Virus record (IMG/VR): IMGVR_UViG_3300037462_000906
Location: 1-35,660 of that record
Reading direction: 5' to 3' (one strand)
Origin: a virus
Taxonomy: Duplodnaviria; Caudoviricetes
DNA: 35,660 nt
The notes under the pieces are model-generated. The model saw nothing but the letters and a program-made list of their open reading frames with translations. It ran no database searches and was not told the DNA's origin. The translations under genes and the position numbers were made by a program. Each line of letters begins with the position of its first letter. Position 1 is the stretch's first letter. This document shows positions 7,749 through 17,539 of the stretch, piece by piece.

Positions 7749-10510
7749 AGCGCCGTGAAATCGCCGCCCCGGTGCCAGGCATCGGCGTTGGCGAGGGCGG
7801 CGTTGTTGGGAATCGCCTTGCGCAGCGTGCCGTTGAACTCCACCGACAGATCGCGGAACTCGGTGCCGCTGGGCACCGGGGTCGCGCCTGCCGTGGTCGC
7901 AAGGAAGCTGACCTCGCGGTTGCTTTGGAAGGTGCCGCTGCCCGACGTGGTGAAGGCCGTCGTCGTCAGCACGCCGTCCACCGTCAGGCGGACCTCGTTG
8001 GCCGCCTGATCGACATCGAAGATGATGTCGTGTTCGACCCCTGCGTCAATCGTGCCCGCGCCTGCGAGCACGAAACCATTGAGCCGGGCCACCCCGCCGC
8101 TGTCCTCGACCGTGGCGAACAGCCCGCCGGTGGTGCCCACCCACAGATCGCAGCCGGTGCTTTCCTGCGTGAACAGGCGCGGCGCAACGCCAGCGGTGGC
8201 GGGCAGGCTGGGCAGCTTGATCTTTCCCCGGAAAGTGATGCGGCTTGTCCCGCTCGGCACGTTGGCCGGATCGACGAAGTAGCCCGCCGTCGCGCCCTGC
8301 ACCAGCGTTTGCGCAGGCGGGACCTCGAAGGTGATGGTGGCGGTGCCCTCGTCAGACCCGGAGGCGTTGGTCGCGCCGACGCGCAGGGTGATCGTTTCGC
8401 CGGCGATAAGGCCCATGGTCGCTGCGTTCTGAAGCAGGGTGTTGCCGGTGCCGATGGTCGCCCCGGCCCCGTCCTCCCATTCGTAACTGACGGTGGGCGC
8501 GGGCGAACCGGTGATGGTCGCGCCAGCGGTCAGGGTCTGCCCGTCCTGCGGGATGCCGGTGATCGTCACGCCCGAAACGGTCGGCGCGGCAGGCGGGACG
8601 GTGAAGCCGAACTCCACCTTCTTGGCAATGATCGCATCGCGGTAAAGCGTATGCGCCAAAGGCGACGGGTGGACCCCGCCATCGTTCCAGCGTTCCTGCA
8701 CAATCGCGCCGCTGGGGATCGATGGTGAACCGGGGATGCTGATGGAAACTTCATAGGGGCCGGACCCGGTCACCGCCTGCACGATATTCCCCAGTTCAAG
8801 CGATCCGTCGGCATCGAACCCGATCCACGCGCCAACCGGCGGCGCATCGGCCATGAACATCGGGCCGGTGCCGGAATAGGGGCTGGTCAGCACTGAGGTG
8901 AAGGGGCGCACCTTGAAGCGATCCCGCACCTCCGCGCTGACCGAGGATACCGGCCAGAGCGGCACGCTGTCGGTAACGGTGCCATCAAGCCGCAGTTCCC
9001 CGGTCGGGCTTTCGTGCGCGGCGTTGAAGGTCCAGCGGGTGCCGGTCGGGAACACGGCCTGCGCGCCGCTCGGGCTCTGGTTTTCCACCGTCTGGAAAAT
9101 GTCGGTGCTGGTCGGTTCGGCGACCATGCCGACCCAATAGAGCGGCGCATTCTCCACCCCGATGGCACCGCGCCACATGCTCGCCAGCCCGCGCGCCAAG
9201 GCAGTCAGCACCGAGAGAACGGGCTCCGTCGCTGAGTTCCGCCCATGCCCGCACCAGACCATGTCGGCGATGCGCCGCCCGCCGTTGAGCTCGCGCGCCT
9301 TTTCCAGCGCCCACATCTGGCGCAGGCTGGACGTCGGGTTGGAGTGCTGGAACATCGACCATCCCGGAATGGCCATGATGTTGGCTGCAATGCGGCGGCT
9401 CGACCCGTTATCGTCCAGCGCCATCTCGATCTGCCCGTGGGCCATGCGCGAGGTGAAATACCGGAACGAGGTCGATTGCGCCGAGCCATACTGGATCGAA
9501 TCGCCGATGCCGACTGCCGAATCCTCAATCTCTTCAGCCTCGCCGCGCATCATCCCCATCGACGGGTAAGGCGGACGCGGTCCGCCCGCGTTGGTGAAGT
9601 TGGTGTTGGTCGAAAGCAGCGGCACGGTCGAAGTGGCCTGCACCTGATAGCGCTCGCCAAGGAACGTGCCCCCGTCGATGAAGCTGGTCAGCCCGACGAA
9701 GCTGACCGGGTTGCGCGAAAACGGCTGTTCGCCCGCGTTCATGAAATAGCTGACGGTGAAAATCTGGGTCGTGCCTGCCGGGATCGGGGCGGCGGGGCGG
9801 AAGATGATCCACTTGCCATAAGCGGTTGCAGGATTGGCCGGGTCGATCACCACCGGATCGGTGCCGCCGTCAATCGTGCCGGGCGTGCGCAATCCGCCAT
9901 TGCCCGCGCGCGTGGCGATGCCTTCGATGGTGTAGCCCGCTGGGCACTGCACCTCGTTGTTGACGGTGCAATAGAACGTCGGGAAGAACAGCGCGATCTC
10001 GGTGACATCGATGTCGGGCATCCCGATGGCGATGTCGGCAACGGCGTAACGGTTGCCCTCTTCCGCGACAGTGACCGAGGATGTCGCCAAGCGCAGCCCG
10101 GTGCCTGCCATCTTGAACAGCGGGACATCGGTGATCGGACCAAAGGCCGCGCTGGTGGCGGTGACAGTGCCGCCCGGCCCTTCCGCCGTAACGCGAATGC
10201 GCAGCGATGCGCCGATATCGCCTGCGCTTGGAATGAAAGTCTCGCCTGCCTCGTCATCGATGACGTCGCCGAAAGCGTCCTCATCATCGCGCAGCAGCTC
10301 GACCGTCCGCACCGTCCCGCCGACAACCACGCCGGGGTTGAGCGTCAGCGTCGCGCCGACCTTGGCCTCGCCCGTGATTGTGGGGGCGGTGGGGAAGGCG
10401 GGGGGGGCGGCGACCTGCGCAAAGGCGATGTCATCGCCCACGCTGTCCCAGCTCCAGCTGGCGAGGATCGGCGTGCCCAGCACCCGGATCTGAAATTGCT
10501 TCATCCCCAT
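7745..10510 (-). CDS. Tail fibre/spike with SGNH-hydrolase domain and Ig-like modules
   Basis: GIGDSI block I and DGGVHPS block V; two PTITG/VTITG..G.TLT Ig-like repeats; position at the end of the tail module. Confidence 0.75.
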   Translation of the reverse strand: MGMKQFQIRVLGTPILASWSWDSVGDDIAFAQVAAPPAFPTAPTITGEAKVGATLTLNPGVVVGGTVRTVELLRDDEDAFGDVIDDEAGETFIPSAGDIGASLRIRVTAEGPGGTVTATSAAFGPITDVPLFKMAGTGLRLATSSVTVAEEGNRYAVADIAIGMPDIDVTEIALFFPTFYCTVNNEVQCPAGYTIEGIATRAGNGGLRTPGTIDGGTDPVVIDPANPATAYGKWIIFRPAAPIPAGTTQIFTVSYFMNAGEQPFSRNPVSFVGLTSFIDGGTFLGERYQVQATSTVPLLSTNTNFTNAGGPRPPYPSMGMMRGEAEEIEDSAVGIGDSIQYGSAQSTSFRYFTSRMAHGQIEMALDDNGSSRRIAANIMAIPGWSMFQHSNPTSSLRQMWALEKARELNGGRRIADMVWCGHGRNSATEPVLSVLTALARGLASMWRGAIGVENAPLYWVGMVAEPTSTDIFQTVENQSPSGAQAVFPTGTRWTFNAAHESPTGELRLDGTVTDSVPLWPVSSVSAEVRDRFKVRPFTSVLTSPYSGTGPMFMADAPPVGAWIGFDADGSLELGNIVQAVTGSGPYEVSISIPGSPSIPSGAIVQERWNDGGVHPSPLAHTLYRDAIIAKKVEFGFTVPPAAPTVSGVTITGIPQDGQTLTAGATITGSPAPTVSYEWEDGAGATIGTGNTLLQNAATMGLIAGETITLRVGATNASGSDEGTATITFEVPPAQTLVQGATAGYFVDPANVPSGTSRITFRGKIKLPSLPATAGVAPRLFTQESTGCDLWVGTTGGLFATVEDSGGVARLNGFVLAGAGTIDAGVEHDIIFDVDQAANEVRLTVDGVLTTTAFTTSGSGTFQSNREVSFLATTAGATPVPSGTEFRDLSVEFNGTLRKAIPNNAALANADAWHRGGDFTAL

Positions 10511-10514
10511 CGGT

Positions 10515-10928
10515 TCACCCCTTCACCAGCTGGCGCGTGATCGCGATGGTGTCGTCCGCGCCACCCGTCGGCGTGAAGGCGAGGAACAGGAACGCCTCGG
10601 CCAGCGCGGTGGCTGGGGACTTGACCGGCAGGTCGCCATGCTCGCTGACCGGCAGGATCATCGTGACCGGCGTAAGCAGGCCGACAGGCGTGCCGGTGGT
10701 GCAGGTGTACTCCGCCAGATCGGGCGCATCGGCAGAGGGCGAGGCCTTGAGCACCGCCTTGAAGGCCCCCTCGGTCCAGTCGTCATAGACCGGATGCGCG
10801 GGCAGATGGCAGCGCACCGTCAGCTGCTCGCCCCGCGTGATAGCGACAGGCTCGATCTTGAGCCCGCCCTGCCCGTCGCGCTCGGCAACGGCGAGAAGCT
10901 CGGGGAACTGGGTGGTGATCGTGGTCAT
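10515..10928 (-). CDS. Small tail/baseplate adaptor protein
   Basis: 137 aa beta-rich ORF between tail tip and spike; GGAGG SD. Confidence 0.6.
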   Translation of the reverse strand: MTTITTQFPELLAVAERDGQGGLKIEPVAITRGEQLTVRCHLPAHPVYDDWTEGAFKAVLKASPSADAPDLAEYTCTTGTPVGLLTPVTMILPVSEHGDLPVKSPATALAEAFLFLAFTPTGGADDTIAITRQLVKG

Positions 10929-10963
10929 TCTTGGCCTCCGATGAAAGCTGACAGAGAGGGGGA

Positions 10964-12919
10964 TCAGGGCAGGTTGGTGTTCCATTCGTCGCCGAAGCCG
11001 GGCGGGGGCGTGCCGCCGCCGCCGACCCCGCCGCCGCCGGTCACGTCGGTGGTGATGAAGCCGACGTAATGCCGGCCGGGATTGTCGGGGCTGGTGTAGG
11101 CAACCGCCGGGTTGCGGGTGGCCTTGAAGCTCACCGCGCCGCCGGTCCGGGCGAAGTTGTCGTAATAGATGAAGTAGGTTGTCTCGGGGGCGATGGCGGT
11201 GGTGCCGTCGTCCTCGGTGGTGATCGTCGCGCCCGTCACGCTGACGGATCGGTCGGCGTAGCGCGCGGTGTGGGTTTCAATCGTGATGCTGTCGGCGGTG
11301 GCCTGGATCAGCCCGTCGGCGGGATCGGCGTCCACCATCGCGCGCCCGGTGATCAGCGCCAGGGTTTCCCCCGGCGCTTCGTTGTTGATGGCGAAGGTGG
11401 TCTCCAGTTCTTCAGGCGTCGGCCAGGCAATGGTTGGCGGCGCGGCCCCGGTCTGGCCGATGGCGGCGACGTGCTTGGCATCGGTCTCGGCCTCGCAGAT
11501 GAAGGTGACGGTGCCGTTCACCAGATCGAGCGCGCGGCGGCGGATCACCACCTTGACCGCCGCGCCGCCCGGCAGCGCCCCCAGATCGGCCCCCAGCGTG
11601 ATGCACATGCCGGGGCGGAAGGCGCGCATGTGCCACTTGCAGGGCACCCGGAACGGCCCGGCCTCGCGCCGCTGCCACAGATCATAGGTGGTCAGCTCGG
11701 CGCACTGGTCCTTGTCGGTGACCAGATCGAACTGGCGTTCGTCAACCTTCTCCTCGCCGTCGGCCTCGATCCAGTCAGCGTTGCGGACTTCCGCGCCCTG
11801 GACGTAGCCCCACTGGTGCGCGGGCGAGCGGAACTTGCCCTTGAGGACATTGTGCCGCGCCTTCCAGCCCTTGCCTTGGGCGGCGCTGATCGGCCCGGCG
11901 AGATCATCGAGGCCGACGGTGTAAAGGCTGGTGCGCGGGGCCTGATAATCCACGCCCAGCACCGCGCCCGGCACCGGCTGCCCGGCCCCCGCCTCGGCGA
12001 TCCGCTTGAGATTGTTCCACTTGTCGCCCGGCTCGAAGATCGTCCCGTTGACCGTCCAGCCATTGGCATCGCAGACATTCGCCCAGGCGACGTGCTGCGC
12101 CAGATTGATCGCCGCCGGATCGAACAGCCGGACGCCGAAGATCGGCTTGCCGTTCATCAACCGGCCATAGGCATAGGTCAGATGGTGCAGCGCCGGGTTG
12201 CGGCTATAGGCCCAGGTGCTCTCGTCCGTGATCCGCTGGGGGCCGGAGCCGCCGGGATAGGTCGAATCGGCGCGCGGGTCATAGACCTTGACGCCCTTGG
12301 GCACCTTGCCGAGCGGACCATATTGCCCGCCCGCAAACCGCCTGCCCTTCTTCGACCACTGGAGGCTCCAGGCCACCGCCGCAAAGCCGGACAGCTTGTG
12401 CGACGGCCCCCAGCGCGTCGGCGTTCCCCAGCCCGACGGGGTGCCCAGCGCGCTGGCTTCGGGGCGCTGGCCGAGCTGCTCGTCGATCCACAGATAGTTT
12501 TCGTAATAGCCCGTCGCCTCGCGCACCGAACCGACAGAGCCCGAGAAACTGACCAGCGCGTGGTTGACGTAACTCGGGCCGATATCCTCGATCGGGCCGC
12601 AGCAGCTCAGGACGCGCGGGATGAAGGCGAAGGGGTTCTGGACATCGTCCCGCTCGCCGCCGTAACCTTCCTTGTAGATCTCGACGCCTTCGGTGTAGGC
12701 CTCGCCGATGAGGTAGGGCAGGGGCTGATTGGCCCCGACGACAAAGCCCTGCACCTGCCCCAGCGCGCCGGGCCGCTTGGCGGTGATCTGGGCCAGCGTG
12801 TTCGACACAGCAGAGACCGCCGCCGCGATCCCGGCAATCGCCTGACCGCCCGGAACGAAGGCGGCGACAGTCGCCACCGCCCCGGCGACGGTGCCGACCG
12901 CTCTGAAAAAGCCGCTCAT
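10964..12919 (-). CDS. Tail tip / host-specificity protein (J-like)
   Basis: KGVKVYDPR..WAYSRNPAL..ANVCD motif of alphaproteobacterial tail-tip proteins. Confidence 0.8.
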   Translation of the reverse strand: MSGFFRAVGTVAGAVATVAAFVPGGQAIAGIAAAVSAVSNTLAQITAKRPGALGQVQGFVVGANQPLPYLIGEAYTEGVEIYKEGYGGERDDVQNPFAFIPRVLSCCGPIEDIGPSYVNHALVSFSGSVGSVREATGYYENYLWIDEQLGQRPEASALGTPSGWGTPTRWGPSHKLSGFAAVAWSLQWSKKGRRFAGGQYGPLGKVPKGVKVYDPRADSTYPGGSGPQRITDESTWAYSRNPALHHLTYAYGRLMNGKPIFGVRLFDPAAINLAQHVAWANVCDANGWTVNGTIFEPGDKWNNLKRIAEAGAGQPVPGAVLGVDYQAPRTSLYTVGLDDLAGPISAAQGKGWKARHNVLKGKFRSPAHQWGYVQGAEVRNADWIEADGEEKVDERQFDLVTDKDQCAELTTYDLWQRREAGPFRVPCKWHMRAFRPGMCITLGADLGALPGGAAVKVVIRRRALDLVNGTVTFICEAETDAKHVAAIGQTGAAPPTIAWPTPEELETTFAINNEAPGETLALITGRAMVDADPADGLIQATADSITIETHTARYADRSVSVTGATITTEDDGTTAIAPETTYFIYYDNFARTGGAVSFKATRNPAVAYTSPDNPGRHYVGFITTDVTGGGGVGGGGTPPPGFGDEWNTNLP

Positions 12920-12927
12920 TTGTGTTG

Positions 12928-13020
12928 CGAAGGCGCATCCGCGCCTTCGTCCTCGCTGCGTTTCGCGCTGCGCGCGAGCAGCTGCGGGCGCGCGGTCGCG
13001 CTTGCGCCAGCTGCGCGGCG
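12928..13020 (-). repeat. Long structured palindromic element, copy A
   Basis: 55/57 identical to 29706-29762; fills most of the intergenic gap. Confidence 0.85.
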
Positions 13021-13042
13021 GGGCTGAAACAGTCTCATCGGG

Positions 13043-13468
13043 TTACAATCTCCACGCAGCCGTCAGCTGGGCGTTGGCCATCAGGATCGCGACCGGGTGC
13101 GCGTGGCCGTTCTGTTCGCTCCAGCCCCAGACGTTGCCTTGCCCGTCGGCAATCCCGACCGCCTCCAGTCCGTGCGCCGGATCGGCCGGGCCGACCACCA
13201 GATCGCCAAGCCAGGCAAAGGCCGGGCCGGGCAGGCGGGTGAAGTGCTGATCGAGCAGCGCGGTGACGCTTTCCGCCCCGCGCGCGGTCAGCGCCCGCTT
13301 GGCCCCCAGCGCAGACCGGAACCGCGGGATCGGCGGCAGCTTGTGCCCCATGTTGACCGCCTGCCAGCGCGCAAGCCGGATGCAGTTCGCGCCCGCCCAG
13401 CTGAAGGCGCGGCCATCGAAACGCGCCAGCGTCCGCTCGGTCGCGCGCTGGCGTTCGGCAAGGTTCAC
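13043..13468 (-). CDS. Tail assembly protein (DUF6950/NlpC-like)
   Basis: FSWAGANC..GD motif, tail-module position; GTG with AGGAG SD. Confidence 0.65.
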   Translation of the reverse strand: MNLAERQRATERTLARFDGRAFSWAGANCIRLARWQAVNMGHKLPPIPRFRSALGAKRALTARGAESVTALLDQHFTRLPGPAFAWLGDLVVGPADPAHGLEAVGIADGQGNVWGWSEQNGHAHPVAILMANAQLTAAWRL

Positions 13469-13479
13469 GCCGGGACTCC

Positions 13480-14130
13480 TCAGAACAACCGGATATTGGG
13501 GAAGGTCGGATCGCGGCCACCGCCACCACCACCGCCGCCGCCCGCGCCGACCCCGGCATTGGCGCCAGCAGGCGGAGCCGCCGCGCCCCAGGCGAAGAAG
13601 CTTTGCGCGTCGGTGCAATTCTCGAACCCGCGCTCGCCGGGCCAGATCGAATTGTGGTGCGCATCCGAACAGGTGTTGCCCTGCCGGGTCTCGAACAGCT
13701 TGTGCAGCCGGGTGATGAAGCTGACGACCAGCAGGTCCTGCCCGTTAGCCTGCTCGCGCGAGGGCGTGTCGACCACCCAGTCGGCGATCAGTTCGGGATC
13801 GGTCAGGGTCACGCCGTCCCCCGGATCAACCTCGCCCGCCCACAGCCGCAGCCGGGTGCCCTCCAGATCAGCGCGCCACCAATCGGCGAGCGCCGCTTCG
13901 GCAGGCGGGGCAAAGGTCAGGCTGTCGCCTTCGACCATGTCGCCCACCCCGGTCTCGAACTCGGGCACGGCGGCCAGCGTCCCGAACCGCGCGTCCTCGC
14001 CCGAGAAGGTCAGCGTGCCCGCGCCCGGATCAAAGCGCACAATCCCACCATCCGCCAGCAGCACATCGCCGCCGGGCACCTGCCATTCCAGCACCCCGGC
14101 GATGGTGATGGCTGCGTCAGTCAGCGCCAT
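13480..14130 (-). CDS. Minor tail/hub protein
   Basis: HHNSIWPGERGFE..WG C-terminal motif; synteny after the distal tail protein. Confidence 0.7.
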   Translation of the reverse strand: MALTDAAITIAGVLEWQVPGGDVLLADGGIVRFDPGAGTLTFSGEDARFGTLAAVPEFETGVGDMVEGDSLTFAPPAEAALADWWRADLEGTRLRLWAGEVDPGDGVTLTDPELIADWVVDTPSREQANGQDLLVVSFITRLHKLFETRQGNTCSDAHHNSIWPGERGFENCTDAQSFFAWGAAAPPAGANAGVGAGGGGGGGGGRDPTFPNIRLF

Positions 14131-14721
14131 CTATTTCCGCTCCCTGATGGTGAAGGTGATCCCGCGTTCGATCCGGCCCCGGTCGATGGTCCAGCCCGGC
14201 GGGGTGACCAGCAGGCCTTCGATCACCGGGGCGGCGAATTCGATCACGGCATTGTCCGCCGGGACGACGCGCAGGCGCGGCCTGATCGGCAGGTCGGCGG
14301 CCCCGGTCCCGTCAAGCTCCACCGCCGCGCCCAGCTTGTGGAGGTAGCGCCGCCCGCCGGTCAGGATCGAAAACCACTTGCCCTTGCGCAGCACCGCCCC
14401 CGGCGTTCCTCCATCCACCGCCAGCGTCCCGCCCGCCTGACCCGCCCCGGCGACCAGCAGCGTGGCGACCGGCGAGAGCGGTGCGTTCGGCTCGCGCACC
14501 CGCATCGCCGCGCCTTCCTCAAGCGCGGCAGTAAGGTCGGCGGCCCATTCCTCGGCCAGCGCGGCGCGCATCGGCGGCAGGGTGACGGTCATCGACCAGC
14601 GCCCGCCAAGCCGGTTGACGCGCTGATCGCTCCCGCCCAGCACGCCGGGCTGGACCCCGCCGAAATCGATCAGCTCGAAGCTGGCCTCGGCCGGGCCGGG
14701 GTAGTTGGGCAGGGTGATCAT
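14131..14721 (-). CDS. Distal tail protein
   Basis: QRVNRLGGRWSMTVTLPP motif; directly after the tape measure gene. Confidence 0.7.
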   Translation of the reverse strand: MITLPNYPGPAEASFELIDFGGVQPGVLGGSDQRVNRLGGRWSMTVTLPPMRAALAEEWAADLTAALEEGAAMRVREPNAPLSPVATLLVAGAGQAGGTLAVDGGTPGAVLRKGKWFSILTGGRRYLHKLGAAVELDGTGAADLPIRPRLRVVPADNAVIEFAAPVIEGLLVTPPGWTIDRGRIERGITFTIRERK

Positions 14722-14728
14722 TTGTTTT

Positions 14729-14820
14729 CGCCCTCAAGCGCCGGGCGCGGAGCATCCGCCCCGCTTGGCTTCGCGCCATAAGGCGCGGCGGCCGGTCGGC
14801 CTTGCGGCGCTGCGCGCCGG
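14729..14820 (-). repeat. Long structured palindromic element, divergent copy B
   Basis: GGCC-GGTC-GGCC-TTGCGG-hairpin corresponds to GCGC-GGTC-GCGC-TTGCG in copies A, C and D. Confidence 0.6.
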
Positions 14821-14833
14821 TTCATCACCTTCA

Positions 14834-17158
14834 TCACGCAAGCATCTTCTCTTGCGCCGCCTGCGCCCGGCCAAAGGCGCGGGCGGTGGTGGCCTGGGCA
14901 ATCGGCGCGGCAACCCCAGCGGCGCGGCCATCGACCCGGCTCCAGAATTCGTCCGAGGGCAGGGTGTAGTAATTGTTGACCACTGCTGGTGCGCTCTCCA
15001 CCGCGCGCAGTTCGTGATTGGGGACGACACGGCTGCCACGCGGTGCGGCGAGGATCTCCGGCCCGCGCTCGCCCACCATCATCAGCCCGCCCGGGTGGTA
15101 CGCGGTGCCGTTGGCGCGGCCCGGGATCCGGGCAGCATTGATGTTTGCGGCAATGCCTTTGCCGAAAAGCCCGGTGCTGCCAAGCTGCACGCCCAGCCCG
15201 ACCAGCCCGCTGAGAATGTCGAGGAACCCGCCGCCCTTGATCGCGCTGGTCAGGCGGTCGAAGGCCTGCAACGTCCGGTCGGCCATGTCACGGAAGCTGT
15301 CGGCGATCGCCACCGTGCTGACCTGCGCCTGCTGCTGCAAGACCTTGACCGAAGCGGCGAAGTCCCCCGTTTCCTTCAGGATCTTGGCCGACTTCATTTC
15401 GGCCTGAAGACGCTCGTAGGACTTGCCGATATCGTCCGTCGCTGCCTCGACCAGCCTGACTTCCTCGTTGAGCCAGCTTGAAACCGTGGCAGGTCCAAGG
15501 CTGCGCACGCGGCTGCGCAGGCGCTCCTGCTCGAGCGCGGCGACGATCTCTTCCCGGCGCGCCTCGGTCAGGGCCTTCTGGCTGCGGATCAGCACCTTGT
15601 CCGCCTCAAGCTGGCGGATCGCGGCTTCATAAGGGAACAGCCGGTTGTAGAGGTTCTGGAAATCATTGGCCGCTGCCTTGGCCCCGCCGCCCAGCTCGCG
15701 CAGCTTCTTGCCCGCGCCCTCTGCCGCAACGCCGGACTGGGCGACGGGAACGGCCACATCGCGTGCCGTGCGCTCCATGTCCTTCAGGGTCCGGTCGGCG
15801 AGGCGGACACTCGCTTCAAGTTCGATGACTTTCCACCGCAGGTCTGTAATCTCTGGCCCCAAAGCCTGCGCAGCATACCCAGCGCCAACACCCTTTTGCC
15901 GACCGAGCTGGGACTCAAGCTGCGTCAACCGCGCTTGCGCCCGCATCCTCTCTGCATCCGCTTCAGCCCGCTTGAGAGCCACGTCTGACCCCCGCGCCTT
16001 GATCGCGGCATCGAGCGACCTGATGAGATTGTCGGTCTCCGCTCGCGCTGCCGCCTGTGAATCCCGCAGGGAAAGGAACGCCGCCGTCAGCACGCCCACC
16101 GCCACCGCCGCAGCGGTAAAGGGGTTGGCAACCAGCGCCGCCGTCAACAGCCGGGCCGACCGCGCGGCCAGCAGCTGCGCGGTGTTGAGCACCCCGACCC
16201 GCGCTGCCACTGCGACAAGCGAGGAGCTGTAGATCGCCTGCACCGCTGTCGCCGCCACCAGCGCGACGCGATAGGCGACAAAGCCTGCCACCAGCGGCAC
16301 CAGAGCCTGCGCCATGCGCACCATCGATCCGGCGAATTCGACCGCGCTCTGCGCTGCCTCGAGGATCTTCTCCCGGTTTTCCAGCACCGCGTCGCGCATC
16401 CGCATCAGGTAGGGCAGCAGCGCCTCGCCAAGGGTCTCGCTGATCTGATCGAGGATCACCTTGAAGGTGCGATAGGGATCCTGATCGGCAACCGCCTGCG
16501 CTTGTCCGCGATACTGCCGCTCGACCTGCTCGAGGATCATCGCCTGCACTTCGGCAAGGCGGCCCTCTTCGATCATCGCCGCGATGCGGGCCTTGTTGGC
16601 ATCGATCCATTCCTTCTGGATCGTACCGTTCTTGCCCAGCGCCGTCAGGCCCTTGAGCGGGGAATCGAGCGCCTTGCCCAGCATGATCGCCGCCGCCTGC
16701 GGATCGCCGCCCAGCACGGTTGCCATGTCAAGCGCGGCCTGCTGCGCCCGGTCGAACTGGTCGCCTGCGATCTTGCCGAAGGTCAGCAGGCTGGTGGTCA
16801 CCCGCGACAGGATGACGTCGCCGTCGTAAAGCGAACGCAGCTCCATCGCGTCGGCCGCCGCCACCAGCTGCTCGGCGGTGCGGCCCGCGACGTTGCCCAT
16901 GCTGGCCAGCGCTGTCTCAACCTGAGCGACCGCCTTGCGCTGGGCGATGGCGCCGTCGATCCCGGCCTTGGCCAGCCCCAGCAGCGGCAGGCCAACCGCC
17001 AGCGCCACTTTCTTGCCGAAGTCGGCCACCTGCTGCGCCTGCTGCTCGATGGTCTTGATCGTCTTCTTGACGTCGCGCTCGGACCGGGAGAGGCCTTCCT
17101 GAAGAATGCCGTGCTCGACCGCGAGGCGGATCAGCAGCGAACCGATCCTCGTTGCCAT
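14834..17158 (-). CDS. Tail tape measure protein
   Basis: 774 aa, Ala-rich helical; C-terminal VGERGPEI..VVPNH motif. Confidence 0.9.
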   Translation of the reverse strand: MATRIGSLLIRLAVEHGILQEGLSRSERDVKKTIKTIEQQAQQVADFGKKVALAVGLPLLGLAKAGIDGAIAQRKAVAQVETALASMGNVAGRTAEQLVAAADAMELRSLYDGDVILSRVTTSLLTFGKIAGDQFDRAQQAALDMATVLGGDPQAAAIMLGKALDSPLKGLTALGKNGTIQKEWIDANKARIAAMIEEGRLAEVQAMILEQVERQYRGQAQAVADQDPYRTFKVILDQISETLGEALLPYLMRMRDAVLENREKILEAAQSAVEFAGSMVRMAQALVPLVAGFVAYRVALVAATAVQAIYSSSLVAVAARVGVLNTAQLLAARSARLLTAALVANPFTAAAVAVGVLTAAFLSLRDSQAAARAETDNLIRSLDAAIKARGSDVALKRAEADAERMRAQARLTQLESQLGRQKGVGAGYAAQALGPEITDLRWKVIELEASVRLADRTLKDMERTARDVAVPVAQSGVAAEGAGKKLRELGGGAKAAANDFQNLYNRLFPYEAAIRQLEADKVLIRSQKALTEARREEIVAALEQERLRSRVRSLGPATVSSWLNEEVRLVEAATDDIGKSYERLQAEMKSAKILKETGDFAASVKVLQQQAQVSTVAIADSFRDMADRTLQAFDRLTSAIKGGGFLDILSGLVGLGVQLGSTGLFGKGIAANINAARIPGRANGTAYHPGGLMMVGERGPEILAAPRGSRVVPNHELRAVESAPAVVNNYYTLPSDEFWSRVDGRAAGVAAPIAQATTARAFGRAQAAQEKMLA

Positions 17159-17161
17159 TGC

Positions 17162-17539
17162 CTAGCCTTCCACTTTCCGAATTGTGATGGGTGCGCCCCG
17201 CGCTGCTGCGTCCTGCAGCGCGAGGATCATGTCGCGCACGCCGCGCTTGGCTTGCGGGCGCACTTCCTTCAGCCAGTCATCCAGCGGGCCGAGCTTGCCG
17301 ATCCGGGCCAGCGCGATCATCCGGGCGTGCTGCCAGCTGGCCCCGACCTGCTCTTCGCGATCAGTCTGCCGGGCCGTGACATAGGCCCGCATGATCGCCC
17401 CGTAGCTGGCCGGGGTCTGGCGCCAGAACTCGGCCTCGGTGCGCCCGGTGGCGCACCACTGGCCGAGCAGCTTCAGCCATGCACGCCGGCGCGCTTCGGG
17501 CGTTTCGGCTTCGGCTTCGGGGCCGACGCCGCGTTTCCC
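17162..17539 (-). CDS. Tail assembly chaperone GT extension (-1 frame)
   Basis: Open frame from the slippery site encodes ..WLKLLGQW..EFWRQTP..MRAYV, typical of gpT-like regions. Confidence 0.75.
   Translation of the reverse strand, partial: GKRGVGPEAEAETPEARRRAWLKLLGQWCATGRTEAEFWRQTPASYGAIMRAYVTARQTDREEQVGASWQHARMIALARIGKLGPLDDWLKEVRPQAKRGVRDMILALQDAAARGAPITIRKVEG

Noticed and set aside
7745-12919. Diversity-generating retroelement or invertible tail-fibre cassette
   Set aside because: No reverse transcriptase, serine invertase, TR/VR pair or flanking inverted repeats seen
11069-13027. Long plus-strand ORFs opposite tail/head genes (also 9245-10540, 19866-21407, 21687-23087, 22831-24378) and minus-strand 32060-34252
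   Set aside because: Shadow ORFs typical of high-GC DNA; the opposite strand carries recognisable, coupled phage genes
13515-13550. CCG/CCA-rich microsatellite-like tracts (also about 11000-11040)
   Set aside because: Explained by poly-Gly C-terminal tails of tail proteins
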